The notes under the pieces were generated by a model that was not told where the DNA came from, did no database searches, and was given only the letters and a program-made list of their open reading frames with translations. This document shows, piece after piece, positions 60,165-60,277 of a DNA stretch of 60,277 nt. Source of the stretch: Candidatus Bathyarchaeia archaeon (GTDB lineage Archaea; Thermoproteota; Bathyarchaeia; Bathyarchaeales; Bathycorpusculaceae). The DNA is taken from contig JBEKTQ010000018.1 of assembly GCA_049515895.1 (NCBI GenBank), forward strand, positions 1-60,277. The letters are read 5' to 3'. Every line of letters begins with the position of its first letter. Positions within the stretch are counted from its first letter, which is position 1. The translations under genes were made by a program, and so were the position numbers.

Positions 60165-60277
60165 ATGGACTTCTTTGACGAACACGTTCTAGCAGCTCTT
60201 AGAGATGGCAAACCCAAAGACTTCACCACGCTTCTTAGCGAAGTAGGCTTTAGCCACAACACTCTGCAGCAACATTT
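60165..60277 (+). CDS. Winged-helix protein, N-terminal fragment (runs off the window)
   Basis: MDFFDEHVLAALRDGKPKDFTTLLSEVGFSHNTLQQH; GGAG SD. Confidence 0.6.
   Translation, partial: MDFFDEHVLAALRDGKPKDFTTLLSEVGFSHNTLQQH

Overview
Archaeal chromosomal DNA, most consistent with a Bathyarchaeia/TACK-like genome. This is inferred from the A-type ATP synthase, deoxyhypusine synthase, an intron-less tRNA-Gln with A1-U72, TATA-type promoters, frequent TTG starts, and NosD and PT-linker surface proteins. The first ~46 kb is a metabolic core: Hsp20, pyruvoyl arginine decarboxylase, two tandem Amt transporters, a NapH-like polyferredoxin with a NosD-like protein, a complete heme-copper oxidase cluster (coxBACD, two cupredoxins, heme O synthase), a rearranged H+-type A1Ao ATP synthase locus with a Usp gene inside it, HtrA, a pstSCAB-phoU phosphate regulon, tRNA-Gln and dys. 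From ~46 kb to the end is a decaying accessory island with four intact and several toxin-deleted VapBC-type toxin-antitoxin modules. The most striking unexplained signals are: (1) a dispersed non-coding element in six copies, a conserved T/G-rich leader ending GCAGGTTGCG followed by an array of degenerate, exactly 10-bp-period repeats, with leaders and array types recombined between copies; (2) a 76-nt tRNA-Cys-like cloverleaf with a closed, non-canonical anticodon loop inside the toxin-antitoxin island; (3) an A1-type oxidase that appears to lack the K proton channel, paired with one intact and one copper-site-degenerate cupredoxin; (4) four genes whose best-positioned start codons are ACG, ATT or ATC; (5) a three-copy overlapping-hairpin repeat between toxin-antitoxin cassettes. 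All alignments were done by eye and no database searches were run.
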